Shown here piece by piece: positions 18,491-28,100 of a DNA stretch of 30,113 nt. The position numbers and the translations under genes were made by a program. Every line of letters begins with the position of its first letter. The first letter of the stretch is position 1. A model generated the notes under the pieces. The model did no database searches and had not been told where the DNA came from. It saw only the letters and a list, made by a program, of their open reading frames with translations. Origin of the DNA: a virus (lineage: Duplodnaviria > Caudoviricetes); IMG/VR virus record IMGVR_UViG_3300032360_000035, positions 1 through 30,113 of that record. The stretch is one strand, 5' to 3'.

Positions 18491-21400
18491 CTATGTCAGT
18501 GCCAGGACACGCATCTCTCGAACTGCTGGTAAATAGCATCGATGGGTCGTGTGTAATTCGATTTTAATTCTAAAATGGTCAAATTCAGCAGGTACTTTCT
18601 TCAGTGGAGTGAATGTATGTTCTACAAACTCCATATCCGTTACGATGGATGGATTTGTTACAGTATTTCCACTATCTTTCATCTCTCTCCAAGATAATGG
18701 CGCTTCTTCTATAACAGCCAGACCAATCGGATAATCAGGGTGTTCTGCATCTACGATTGAATCAATCTCTAGAATTGGTACTTCTTCTTTAGCGTATGTT
18801 CCATCTGGAAGAATGATTTTCTTATAGAAATGTCTATTAAGGTCATCATCCCAACTTCCGAACCATATATCATCGACTTCGTATTCGTCAAGGTCGGTAC
18901 CGATACCAGCACTCGTTGAGTCTGCGGTGACACCCGTTAAATCTTCAGTACAAATAAAGTATGTTCTGATAATCTCTTTCATATTACTTATATCAACTAA
19001 GTGCATCATTGTTTCGTTTGCTGGGTCGTCATCACCATCCACATAAGCAGTAGATTTGATGGCTTCATCACCACTCTCTGGAATTATACCATTCCAGGCC
19101 GCGATGCCTGCATTTTGATTTGTAATATGATTTTCAGGACTATCTGTGCCTCCTGGATAAATATATGCGTATTCTTGTTCAAAATCGTTTACGTTGTAAT
19201 CACCGTGTGTGACTGTGTTTGCGTATGGTTGTATTGTAATATATCTTGGAATAATTGTACCTGTATCATAGTAGCATTTTACGTATGTATTAGGAACTGA
19301 TTGAACACTTAACCACATTTGTAAGTCGTTAGCAAAAGTTCTCAACTTAACATCTTTAGACTGATAAATTCCATATTCATTCTTTGGTATCGGTGAAGTG
19401 TCCCATATCATATTATTAACAAGAACGGTCGATAGTCTCTCTTTATTAATAACAGGAGAAACATTTGGATTTTCTGTTGAAAAAGTCGTATTATATGATA
19501 ATGGAGTATATTGATAACCAGATGCGATAGTATGAGAGCCATCAAGAGCAACTACATCATCTAGGACTACATCTTCATTATCTAGGACACCACCAATAAT
19601 GTCATTTGTGTCGCCATTAATAATAGCCTCGATTCCCAAAGTTGTTCCTGAAAGAACAAGTGGCTGAAAATTAGGCATAAATGAGGCCGCTTCTTTAATT
19701 CCATTGAAAGGCTTCATATTAATCTGTAAGTCACCAGTAGGACTAAACTGACATCTATTCATATCAAATTTAATATCTTTTAATTGTTCTGGAGTCCAAG
19801 TAGAGTTATTCTGTGAAGTAAACATCGAACCAAGATATGGTTGTTCACTAATATAGTTTCCAGACAATAAGTCAACTTCTCCTAATTCAGAAATCCACAT
19901 ATTATATTTTAATGAATCTGATATTACAACAAAGCAATATTCTGTATCATTCATTAGATAAATCGGGTCATCGAATTGGAATCTCGTGCTAACGGCTCCA
20001 TCCGTAGAAGTAGCAACTTGGTCTGGATAAAGCATCTTAGATGCGAGTGGAATTTGTGTTGGTGTTGGGAAACCATTTATCATTGTTCTGATTTCTACTC
20101 GGACTGGAGTTGATTCATCATCTTTTGACCAGAAAAACAGGTCAATTGAATCTATGAATGCTCCGCCTTCTGAATTAGCAACAAGAAAGGATTCTGCTAC
20201 TGGGTCATAATACTCTGTAATCTGTCTTGATTCTCTTCCGTTTGTGAGTCCGTTTCTAGATTCCTGTATAGTTCTTGTCCCACCTAAAATAGCCCGTTCA
20301 TCTCTAATCGATTCATCAACTCTATAACTTTCTAAAGTAGATAGAATGTCTCTCTGGCGTCTATCAAGAGTACCAGCAGACGTAAATACACCTACTGCTT
20401 GAGTAGTCATTAATTCTGGTTGAATGAAATTATCTTTTATTGCAAGTATTTTCATACCCGTTCTGATTCGTACTCCCTCTGGGCCTTCTGAAGGTATCTG
20501 TAGTACAGCACCAGCAATTTGTCCGATAGAGTTAGTCATAACTGGGTCGCCCATACTTCCGCCTGATGGCGTGATATAGTTATCAACATTAATTTCATCA
20601 AACTCAAAGTGCATTACAGTATTTGGTCGTAGTTTTTCTACGTCAATAGTAACAGGAACGGACCTCATCCAAGGGATAGCAGAAGAGTCTACGAATCTGT
20701 CACCAACTTGGGTGCGAATATCATTGATATCCATCCAAGACCTTGTTCCGCTTCTTGCTTGATTCTCGGTTTCTTGTTGCTGTTGGTCCCAAGTTTCAAC
20801 ATTTGTTACAGTTCTCCAAACAGTTCTTTGTCGAGTGGGTCGGTTCATAATGGTGCCTGAGCCCCAGTGAGTACCAGTTTCCCACGCATCTTGCATAGTT
20901 CCCTGGAATTGTCCCATCGCTCCACCAAATCCAAGATTACTTTCCCAGGAGATTACTTCTTCTCCACCTCGTACATTTTCTCTTCCGCCGATATTAGCCC
21001 ATCCAGACCATTCAGTCTGCCAAGCATTCCATCTCGTTTGTGTTCCAAAAGTTTCTACTTGCTGGCGTACTTCATTGTTATTTTCGTTTTGAATAATAAC
21101 GTCAGGCATATAAAGTTCTTCAAACCACGTGTCAGATTGTGGAGTAAGTGTACAGAATCCAACCCAAGATTTTCTTGCGAATGGATTCAAGTTAATTACT
21201 TGTGAACCATACGGCTGTGTAATCCACGCTTCTTGTACTGTGAAATCAAGTGTATATGTCAGATTATTTGTTTTAATATTGGTATTTACACCACCTTCGC
21301 AGTCCATACCGTACATTTCATACGGGACAGTACAAATTCCTGCTTCTGGATATATGGCACAATAATAATCGGAGTCTATTACATCTCCAATACCGTGGTC

Positions 21401-23929
21401 AACGAATGGGTCGATTAACATACCATTCTTATATCTCTCTAATCCTGCTGTATCAATAACTTGCATATCAGCAGTAGCCTTCTCCAAGAGGTTTAAGGCT
21501 GTGTAATACTCTAAATTTTCTAGTCTATTTTCAATGCTACGGATGTCCTGCATCGTAAATCTTTTGTTCTTTACGTGCCTGACATTAATATTTTTATGAT
21601 TATAAGTGTATGCTGGTACAAACATATTGTACAGGGTCAGTTCATTCATTTCTTCAGTTGGAAGCCTAGGGTCATCTGAAGGAAATCCCTGTTTGATTTT
21701 AATATACCCATCATCGTTAATTACTAATCGGTCTCTTCGTGGTTGATAGTAATCATAAGAAACAGAAATACTAGACTCAGGCAGAGGCAAATATGTACCA
21801 ACTGCATAATCATCATCAGATGCTCTAAAGTCTATGTGGTCAGCAAGGTTACGACTTACAGTTTTTGAATCACGATATCCTGGAACCTCATCGTAAATAA
21901 TACCAGCATCAGTATATGAGTTGACAGCAAAATAATTTGCAGTCGTAATATTACCAAATGTGTATGCTTTGTATGTTACTGTATACGTACCAGGCTGGCT
22001 TGGGTTCACGCTATCGTTCCAAGTTAATACTCCATCATTAAATGTCGTATCAGTTATATTCTGTTCTAAATTAAATTTTAGGGTTACATCCGATGTATCA
22101 GGAGCAACAATAGAAACTATTCCAGCAACAGCGTGTGGAATAGTAAGAGTATCATTAGCCAATACGATAGAACCACTTGATTCTCCGTAAGATATTGCTC
22201 TCCACGAGGCGTTAGACATATACATATCTGCCATAATAGATATATTATGACCAGATAAATTCGTAGATACAGAGCCAGTTGTTTGGTCTACAATAGTAAT
22301 GAGTGCAGTTGTATTTCCTGATAAGTCAGCAGTCCAAGTATCTCCAGAGGCTACAGTTCCGTATTGTGGTATAACTGAATTCGTGAATTCATCCCAAATA
22401 TAAAGAACTCGTTCCCAGTGCATATCGTTGAAAACTGCAGGAACAGAAGCAAGAGCACCAGATAATGATGCTGTAGAATTTTTTTGTGTAGAATATGTTA
22501 TCTGTCCAAGAGATAGTGATGCCGTCTTTGAATGTACTTTATACATCCAAGGATAATTAACTCCCATTTTGACAGCAACGCCAGTAGGACGATAAAGTTT
22601 TGCGTATACTCCTAAATTTGCTTCAGAAACAATATATTGTGCAGGGGAAATTGCATCAAGTCCTATGTCGTTCTCAAGATAAATTCTGTACATATTGCCG
22701 ACTTTATTAACGTGAGTAATACGTTTATGGACACCAATAGTTGTTGGAGTCGTATTGGCAGCCGTATGTCCAGTATCTGTTACGAATATAATGTATTCTT
22801 TATTAACGACATTAAAAACACCATTCATATCGGTTACTGATTCGATTTCAAAATATGGTCCGAATTCAGGAGTGAAATGGTCGTTTGCTACGTGTCTAGT
22901 AGTTCGTGCCCGGTCTGCTTCAACTGTAATAGGAACTAGGAGTTCGTGTGAATATCCGTTGATGTATGCTTTGCCTGGGTCTACTTTAAGTGCAAACATA
23001 TCAGCGGTAGGGCCTTCTTTAAATTCAATTGGGAATGGATTAAGTGTATAGTTGCCTGACTCGTCAAAAGTTCGTTGAGCCATTTCATTAGATAGCAGTG
23101 AATAGTCAGTCGCTTCGTATTTTGTAGTGATTAGTCCAGCATCAACATCCATTAACCACATCCACTTATTTGCTTCAGCAGAATCGGCTTCTTTAATAAG
23201 TGTCAGAGTTTTCTGATATCTGTCTCCACCCGGAGCGTTCTGATTATAGAAACCAGATGCTGGGTCAAGTAGACGAGGGTCAGTCGTAGATGCTACAATA
23301 ACTTCCGAAATGTCGAATCCGACTTTCGTGGTTGGAGTAGCAGTGACTGGGTCTAGAAAAATAGTTTGTGCTAAGACTGGAGTGAAAAATCCATCTAACC
23401 AATACATTCCATTTTCGACTCTTGCCTCTAATGCTTGTCCAGTGCCAACAATGACACCTGCTTTATAGATTTTAGTGGGGTCATACCAAGAGTTGTCAAT
23501 ACAATCTCCATTGATATCGAAACCACCGTCACAAACTGTGTCGTAAGTGAATAAGTTTTCGGCTTGAGCAAATGTTCCAGAAAGAATTCTATAATAATAA
23601 ACTGGCTGTGTCTCATCATCGTGCAGTTGCTCAATAACAGCAACGGCATTTGACGTTTCACCATATACAATACGATTCAACCAAGTAGTATCGGTTGTAG
23701 CGAGTTGCATCCATTCTCTTTTTGCAACACTAACTTCTCCGCCAACTACGGGCGAGCCATTCTTCCAGATATGATTAGCCGAAGCCGACATCTGATTCTG
23801 GAGAATTGATTGTATTTGTGTTAATTCTCTGGCTTGTACTGCACGACCAGGATTGAATAAGATTCTTAAAAATCTATCTTCTGTATCGTAATCATCATAA
23901 TATGGAGATGTGTTAAAGTTATATGCCAT
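18491..23929 (-). CDS. DUF4815 / VrlC-like large virion structural protein
   Basis: 1812 aa. N-terminus FNTSPYYDDY...RILFNPGRAVQARELTQIQSILQNQ; NAPGGDRY; RTFDESGNY; KRFTMQDI..IENRLENLEYYTALNLLE; DPVAESF; GSMFTSQNNSTWTPEQ..DIKF. Located downstream of gp8, as in cyanophages. Confidence 0.88.
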   Translation of the reverse strand: MAYNFNTSPYYDDYDTEDRFLRILFNPGRAVQARELTQIQSILQNQMSASANHIWKNGSPVVGGEVSVAKREWMQLATTDTTWLNRIVYGETSNAVAVIEQLHDDETQPVYYYRILSGTFAQAENLFTYDTVCDGGFDINGDCIDNSWYDPTKIYKAGVIVGTGQALEARVENGMYWLDGFFTPVLAQTIFLDPVTATPTTKVGFDISEVIVASTTDPRLLDPASGFYNQNAPGGDRYQKTLTLIKEADSAEANKWMWLMDVDAGLITTKYEATDYSLLSNEMAQRTFDESGNYTLNPFPIEFKEGPTADMFALKVDPGKAYINGYSHELLVPITVEADRARTTRHVANDHFTPEFGPYFEIESVTDMNGVFNVVNKEYIIFVTDTGHTAANTTPTTIGVHKRITHVNKVGNMYRIYLENDIGLDAISPAQYIVSEANLGVYAKLYRPTGVAVKMGVNYPWMYKVHSKTASLSLGQITYSTQKNSTASLSGALASVPAVFNDMHWERVLYIWDEFTNSVIPQYGTVASGDTWTADLSGNTTALITIVDQTTGSVSTNLSGHNISIMADMYMSNASWRAISYGESSGSIVLANDTLTIPHAVAGIVSIVAPDTSDVTLKFNLEQNITDTTFNDGVLTWNDSVNPSQPGTYTVTYKAYTFGNITTANYFAVNSYTDAGIIYDEVPGYRDSKTVSRNLADHIDFRASDDDYAVGTYLPLPESSISVSYDYYQPRRDRLVINDDGYIKIKQGFPSDDPRLPTEEMNELTLYNMFVPAYTYNHKNINVRHVKNKRFTMQDIRSIENRLENLEYYTALNLLEKATADMQVIDTAGLERYKNGMLIDPFVDHGIGDVIDSDYYCAIYPEAGICTVPYEMYGMDCEGGVNTNIKTNNLTYTLDFTVQEAWITQPYGSQVINLNPFARKSWVGFCTLTPQSDTWFEELYMPDVIIQNENNNEVRQQVETFGTQTRWNAWQTEWSGWANIGGRENVRGGEEVISWESNLGFGGAMGQFQGTMQDAWETGTHWGSGTIMNRPTRQRTVWRTVTNVETWDQQQQETENQARSGTRSWMDINDIRTQVGDRFVDSSAIPWMRSVPVTIDVEKLRPNTVMHFEFDEINVDNYITPSGGSMGDPVMTNSIGQIAGAVLQIPSEGPEGVRIRTGMKILAIKDNFIQPELMTTQAVGVFTSAGTLDRRQRDILSTLESYRVDESIRDERAILGGTRTIQESRNGLTNGRESRQITEYYDPVAESFLVANSEGGAFIDSIDLFFWSKDDESTPVRVEIRTMINGFPTPTQIPLASKMLYPDQVATSTDGAVSTRFQFDDPIYLMNDTEYCFVVISDSLKYNMWISELGEVDLLSGNYISEQPYLGSMFTSQNNSTWTPEQLKDIKFDMNRCQFSPTGDLQINMKPFNGIKEAASFMPNFQPLVLSGTTLGIEAIINGDTNDIIGGVLDNEDVVLDDVVALDGSHTIASGYQYTPLSYNTTFSTENPNVSPVINKERLSTVLVNNMIWDTSPIPKNEYGIYQSKDVKLRTFANDLQMWLSVQSVPNTYVKCYYDTGTIIPRYITIQPYANTVTHGDYNVNDFEQEYAYIYPGGTDSPENHITNQNAGIAAWNGIIPESGDEAIKSTAYVDGDDDPANETMMHLVDISNMKEIIRTYFICTEDLTGVTADSTSAGIGTDLDEYEVDDIWFGSWDDDLNRHFYKKIILPDGTYAKEEVPILEIDSIVDAEHPDYPIGLAVIEEAPLSWREMKDSGNTVTNPSIVTDMEFVEHTFTPLKKVPAEFDHFRIKIELHTTHRCYLPAVREMRVLALT

Positions 23930-23964
23930 TCGCTATTTATCCTAAAATATTATTCGTACTTTTA

Positions 23965-23992
23965 ATATCCCTCCCTCGAAAGGGAGAGATAT
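23965..23992 (-). other. Stable intergenic RNA hairpin with UUCG loop
   Basis: Minus strand reads ATATCTCTCCCT-TTCG-AGGGAGGGATAT, with no following U tract. Confidence 0.6.
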
Positions 23993-24016
23993 ACTTTTAA
24001 CTCTAAAAAGTCGTTT

Positions 24017-25027
24017 TTAGAATTCTACTACGAGTTTCAAATCTTCAATCTGGTCAGAAGCACGAGTAATCGCCCTTCTGTTTTCGAGATAGATTAACTG
24101 TCCACTATCTGCTTCCAGACTTGTATCTGCATCAGCATATACGGCCGCTTGAGCCTTAGTTCCACCACCTGCCAGTTCTGGATTACGTAGCAACCCAATC
24201 TGTCTAAAGTCATCGTTTTCTGGGAACCCATCAGAGGTTTCCAATCTAACGTGAATCAGACCGTGGTGAGTCTTTGCCGTAAAGATAGAATCAATATCTC
24301 CAAAGTCTGCTTGTTCTGAACCCGCAAGAACGCCAGTACCTGAAATAACAGGCATCCAGTCATTCGTAGTCGAGTTAATAATGTCATTCAATTCTAGTTT
24401 ATAGAGGAATGTCCATACATAGTTGTCAGACGTACTAATAGGTTGTGATACTAGACCAGCAACATCTCCCGTGTAGCCTGTTGGCTCTTCAGAAGCACCA
24501 GTAGGTAACCAAAGGCCACCGACAGTCGCTTCACACGTTGCACGAGATACGGCTGTTCCACCGTCATATATGCCACCAACATAACACTTACCAGTTGATG
24601 GTTCACCTGTACACATATAAACTCGATATTCCGAGTTCATTACTGTAGAGTGATATCCTATTTTAGATACGAAAGACCGTCCAGGTTCAGCGATTGCTAC
24701 TATTCCGTTCGCGGCATCTCCATCGAATGCGATAGTGTCTCCACCATCCCAGTCAATACGTGGGAGCACCGGGGAAATATCATCGTTCTGAATTCGTTTG
24801 GTACCAACAATGTCGGTCCAATACTGACTTTCGTGTTCATCTAGTGGGTCAGGTAGCGTAAAGTTACCTGAACTTTCGTCATTTCCTTGAGCATCATCAG
24901 GCCAAGCGTCAGACCGCCCAAAACCTAGATACAGGAAGTTGTCGTCAACAGAACCAGTAGTTTTGAACTGGTCGATGAAAACCATCAAGTTCTGTGTTCT
25001 GAATTTACTGGTTACAATTGCACCCAT
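24017..25027 (-). CDS. gp8: Baseplate wedge subunit, T4 gp8 homolog
   Basis: AIVTSKFRT, LGFGRSDAW, PVLPRIDW, YRVYMC, YVWTFLY, FRQIGLLRNP and C-terminal IYLENRRAITRASDQIEDLKLVVEF match recalled T4 gp8 motifs. 336 aa, AGGAG RBS. Confidence 0.93.
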   Translation of the reverse strand: MGAIVTSKFRTQNLMVFIDQFKTTGSVDDNFLYLGFGRSDAWPDDAQGNDESSGNFTLPDPLDEHESQYWTDIVGTKRIQNDDISPVLPRIDWDGGDTIAFDGDAANGIVAIAEPGRSFVSKIGYHSTVMNSEYRVYMCTGEPSTGKCYVGGIYDGGTAVSRATCEATVGGLWLPTGASEEPTGYTGDVAGLVSQPISTSDNYVWTFLYKLELNDIINSTTNDWMPVISGTGVLAGSEQADFGDIDSIFTAKTHHGLIHVRLETSDGFPENDDFRQIGLLRNPELAGGGTKAQAAVYADADTSLEADSGQLIYLENRRAITRASDQIEDLKLVVEF

Positions 25028-25073
25028 TTTGCTAACTCCTTAAAATTATTTAGTTTGATTAATTAATCGTAAC

Positions 25074-25081
25074 TATTTATA
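25074..25081 (-). promoter_or_regulatory. T4-type late promoter TATAAATA
   Basis: Exact motif in the intergenic gap, about 46 nt upstream of gp8. Confidence 0.75.
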
Positions 25082-25118
25082 CGTTTTTTTAAATAAACAT
25101 ATCAATAGTTATTGCCTG

Positions 25119-28100
25119 TTATGATGGGTCTTTCGGCCATACATCAGTTTCGTCAATTACGACTGAATGTTCGTGGTCACCTAAGCCTCCACCCGCTGTA
25201 CTTTGTAGCCACTCGCCACCTTGGGGTACAGAGCCCGTATAACTTATTAAGTTATGGTTATCATAGTCACTTGACTGTGAAATTATATTATATGTAGCAC
25301 CGTCCCATTCTAGCACTAATTCGTGAGTATATGATGCCGCGTGGGTATCATCTCTCTGTGGTGTAGTTACATAAGTGCCTGTTAATAGTGACACATATTC
25401 TGCTACGCTCATCCAATAATCGTGGTCGTGGTAGCCACCACTCAACAAGAACGTATGAACGGTTGTTCCAGTTCCTGGAATTATATCATATTGGCTTATT
25501 CCATCCACTACAAATTCGCCTACACCAGCATTTGCGTATGGATTAAATTTTATTGTATAGGCGTGATAATGGCTATCGGCTCCGTTCGGTGAATCAAAGA
25601 ATATTATTCCATAGTTTGCGTTTTGCTCATTGATTAACTCATTCGCCTGTGACAAAGTGATAGGTTCACACATTCTACCTGCATATTGCCCTGAAGTATC
25701 TAATTCACAATCCTCATACAATAGATGGTCGTGCGACCCCTCACCCTCAATAAATGACGGTTGAATATGAAGAATTGGCGGCTGATTTGCTTGAAGAATC
25801 GTGTTTATATATGTCTTTCTTTCCGTCAAGTCCTCTACAGTTTGTGAACTTACAGTTTGGGATGTATCATATGTGATAACTGGACTACCAACAACCGTCT
25901 CTGTCGCATAATCAGAAAAGAATGTGACCGTCGTGGTCGTGGTTGTTATTTGCGTTGTAGTCGTTTCCGTAGTCGTAACTAAATCACTATATGTAATAAT
26001 TATAGTCGTATCGCCGGGCCCTGGTGTATCAGGATATGTCGTTGATACAGGACTTAACTCTGTAGAAGTAACTTCTGTAGTGATGTTAGGAGCCGAAGAT
26101 AATACTTCATCAGAAGTTTCAACTTTAGTTATGTAAATACTTCCGCCTTCTTGTTGTTCGGAACCAGGAGCATTAAGCAACGGATTCCAATCGATTGTCA
26201 AGTTATGCCAGTGAAGTCCCTCTGATTCATTCTCTACGGCTGAAACATAATATTTTGATGGGTCTTGTAGTGCATCTTCGATACCACCTCTAATCCAAGT
26301 AATAGAAGATTCTACATAGAATACATCATTCGGGTCATCCCATTTAATTATATACTCGTGAAAGTGGGCGCCCTCTATAGAATCGTAGATAGTAATAGAA
26401 TCTTCGATGCCATCAATTAGTTGCATTGCTTCGTCAACGGTTAAGCCCTTTGCGTATGCAATTTCATTATTCCAAGCAAATGGACCAACAATAGTGTTGT
26501 TATGGAAATGTGGATGAGAACCACCAGGATACGGATATCCTGGGGAGCCAAATACAGGCATAATCACCATCATCTCATTATAACCAGAAATACTCGCTGA
26601 ATTTTGTACTAGTGTTGGATGTGCGTGAGTGGCTGGTGCTTCGAGATAGAATTGTAATCCATCGGACGATGACCATTTTTCAATATCTTGTGCGATGAAT
26701 GCCAAGAGATTTGTATTATATGTTATTTTAATAGCGTGATAATGGTCTCCAGTACCAACGCTTGAGTATATTATAACTTCATCAACTTCTCCATTAATCA
26801 AATCAGTTGTCTGATTATCATCAAGTGGAATCGACTGCCTTCCAGCATTTGCGCCGATAGTGTCTAGTACCGTATTATTAAATGAGTGTAAATGGTCTAC
26901 TTCAGAACCTTGAAGTTCATCCCAATCGTGTGCGTGTGCCAGAGTAATATCAGGTGCAGTATACAATGGAGTACCATTCCAACCTAGATGGGTAAGAATA
27001 CCATTAACTGCCAAACTATGTTCGTGTGTTCTACTAATCTCATCAACGGCTGTGTATTCGCCTGTTCCACCTACATCCCACATTTCTGCTATTTCATCTG
27101 CAACAAATTGTTGAGTTGAGAGGTTCCACATAATCTTATATTGATGATAATGAACGTGTTGTCCGCTATCTTGCAGGGAAGAGTATACGTAAACATAATT
27201 TACAACTCCATTGGCTAGTTGCTCTGCTTGTACCCGAGTAATCGGTACCGCAATTCTATCTGAATTGGCGCCAAATGTATCAAGGTCAGAACTGTCAAAA
27301 TAATGTGTATGAGTATTTTCGCCATATTCGTGAGCGCCTAGTATTTCTACAATCGGGGCAGTTTCTATATAAACAGCACCATCACCACCCTCAACTTCTG
27401 GCTGCCAAGGAGTATCTGCACCAATATCGTATGGCTCCCATACTCCAGTCTCCTCATTATAATGCCAACCAGCCGAAGAACCAATTTGAGTTTGAGTATC
27501 GAGTACGGCCGACCAGGATGATATTACTGGATGAACGTGAGATGCTGGGTCATTTAATTCCCATATTGGGAAGAAAGCATCCCAAGTTGACATTTCCCAG
27601 TCTGATATCTCATTAGCAGTAAATGTTTCAGCAACGGAATCATATGTTACTTCATATCCGTGTACGTGTGCCATCTCACTCGCTGGTATTTGTGCTTGTG
27701 CAGGAGTTTCAGTAGACGAATCAAATGTCTCTGTTAATTTGTATATAGCGGTGTTGTTCGGTCCAGAGCCTTGGAACGTATTGATACCAAGTCTAGTAGA
27801 AAGATATATTTCTCCTGAGGTATCTTCACCCATTGTTAGTAATGATTTATTGTGTGTAGTAAGAGTTACTATCTGCGTAACTGGGTCCCAGAATGAAAGT
27901 GCTTTTCTCGTCCATCCCACTGCACCAGAGTATTCAACAAATGTAAATACATCGTGATTTTCTGGATTCGTTTGAGTTAATAAGTTCCATTGATTAAAAG
28001 TAGAATTCCACATAATCGTAAACGTATGTGTATAAAGATTTGCGTGGGTGCTATCTGACTGAACTACTACAGCAGTGGTACCAGGATTCGCTTGTAACGA

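Noticed and set aside
18263-18539. ORF-track starts at 18539 and 18283
   Set aside because: These extensions overlap the upstream genes. The ATGs at 18479 and 18262 have clear RBSs.
23934-23941. GATAAATA upstream of the DUF4815 gene as a late promoter
   Set aside because: It has a mismatch to the consensus, sits only 4 nt from the ATG, and overlaps the AGGA RBS.
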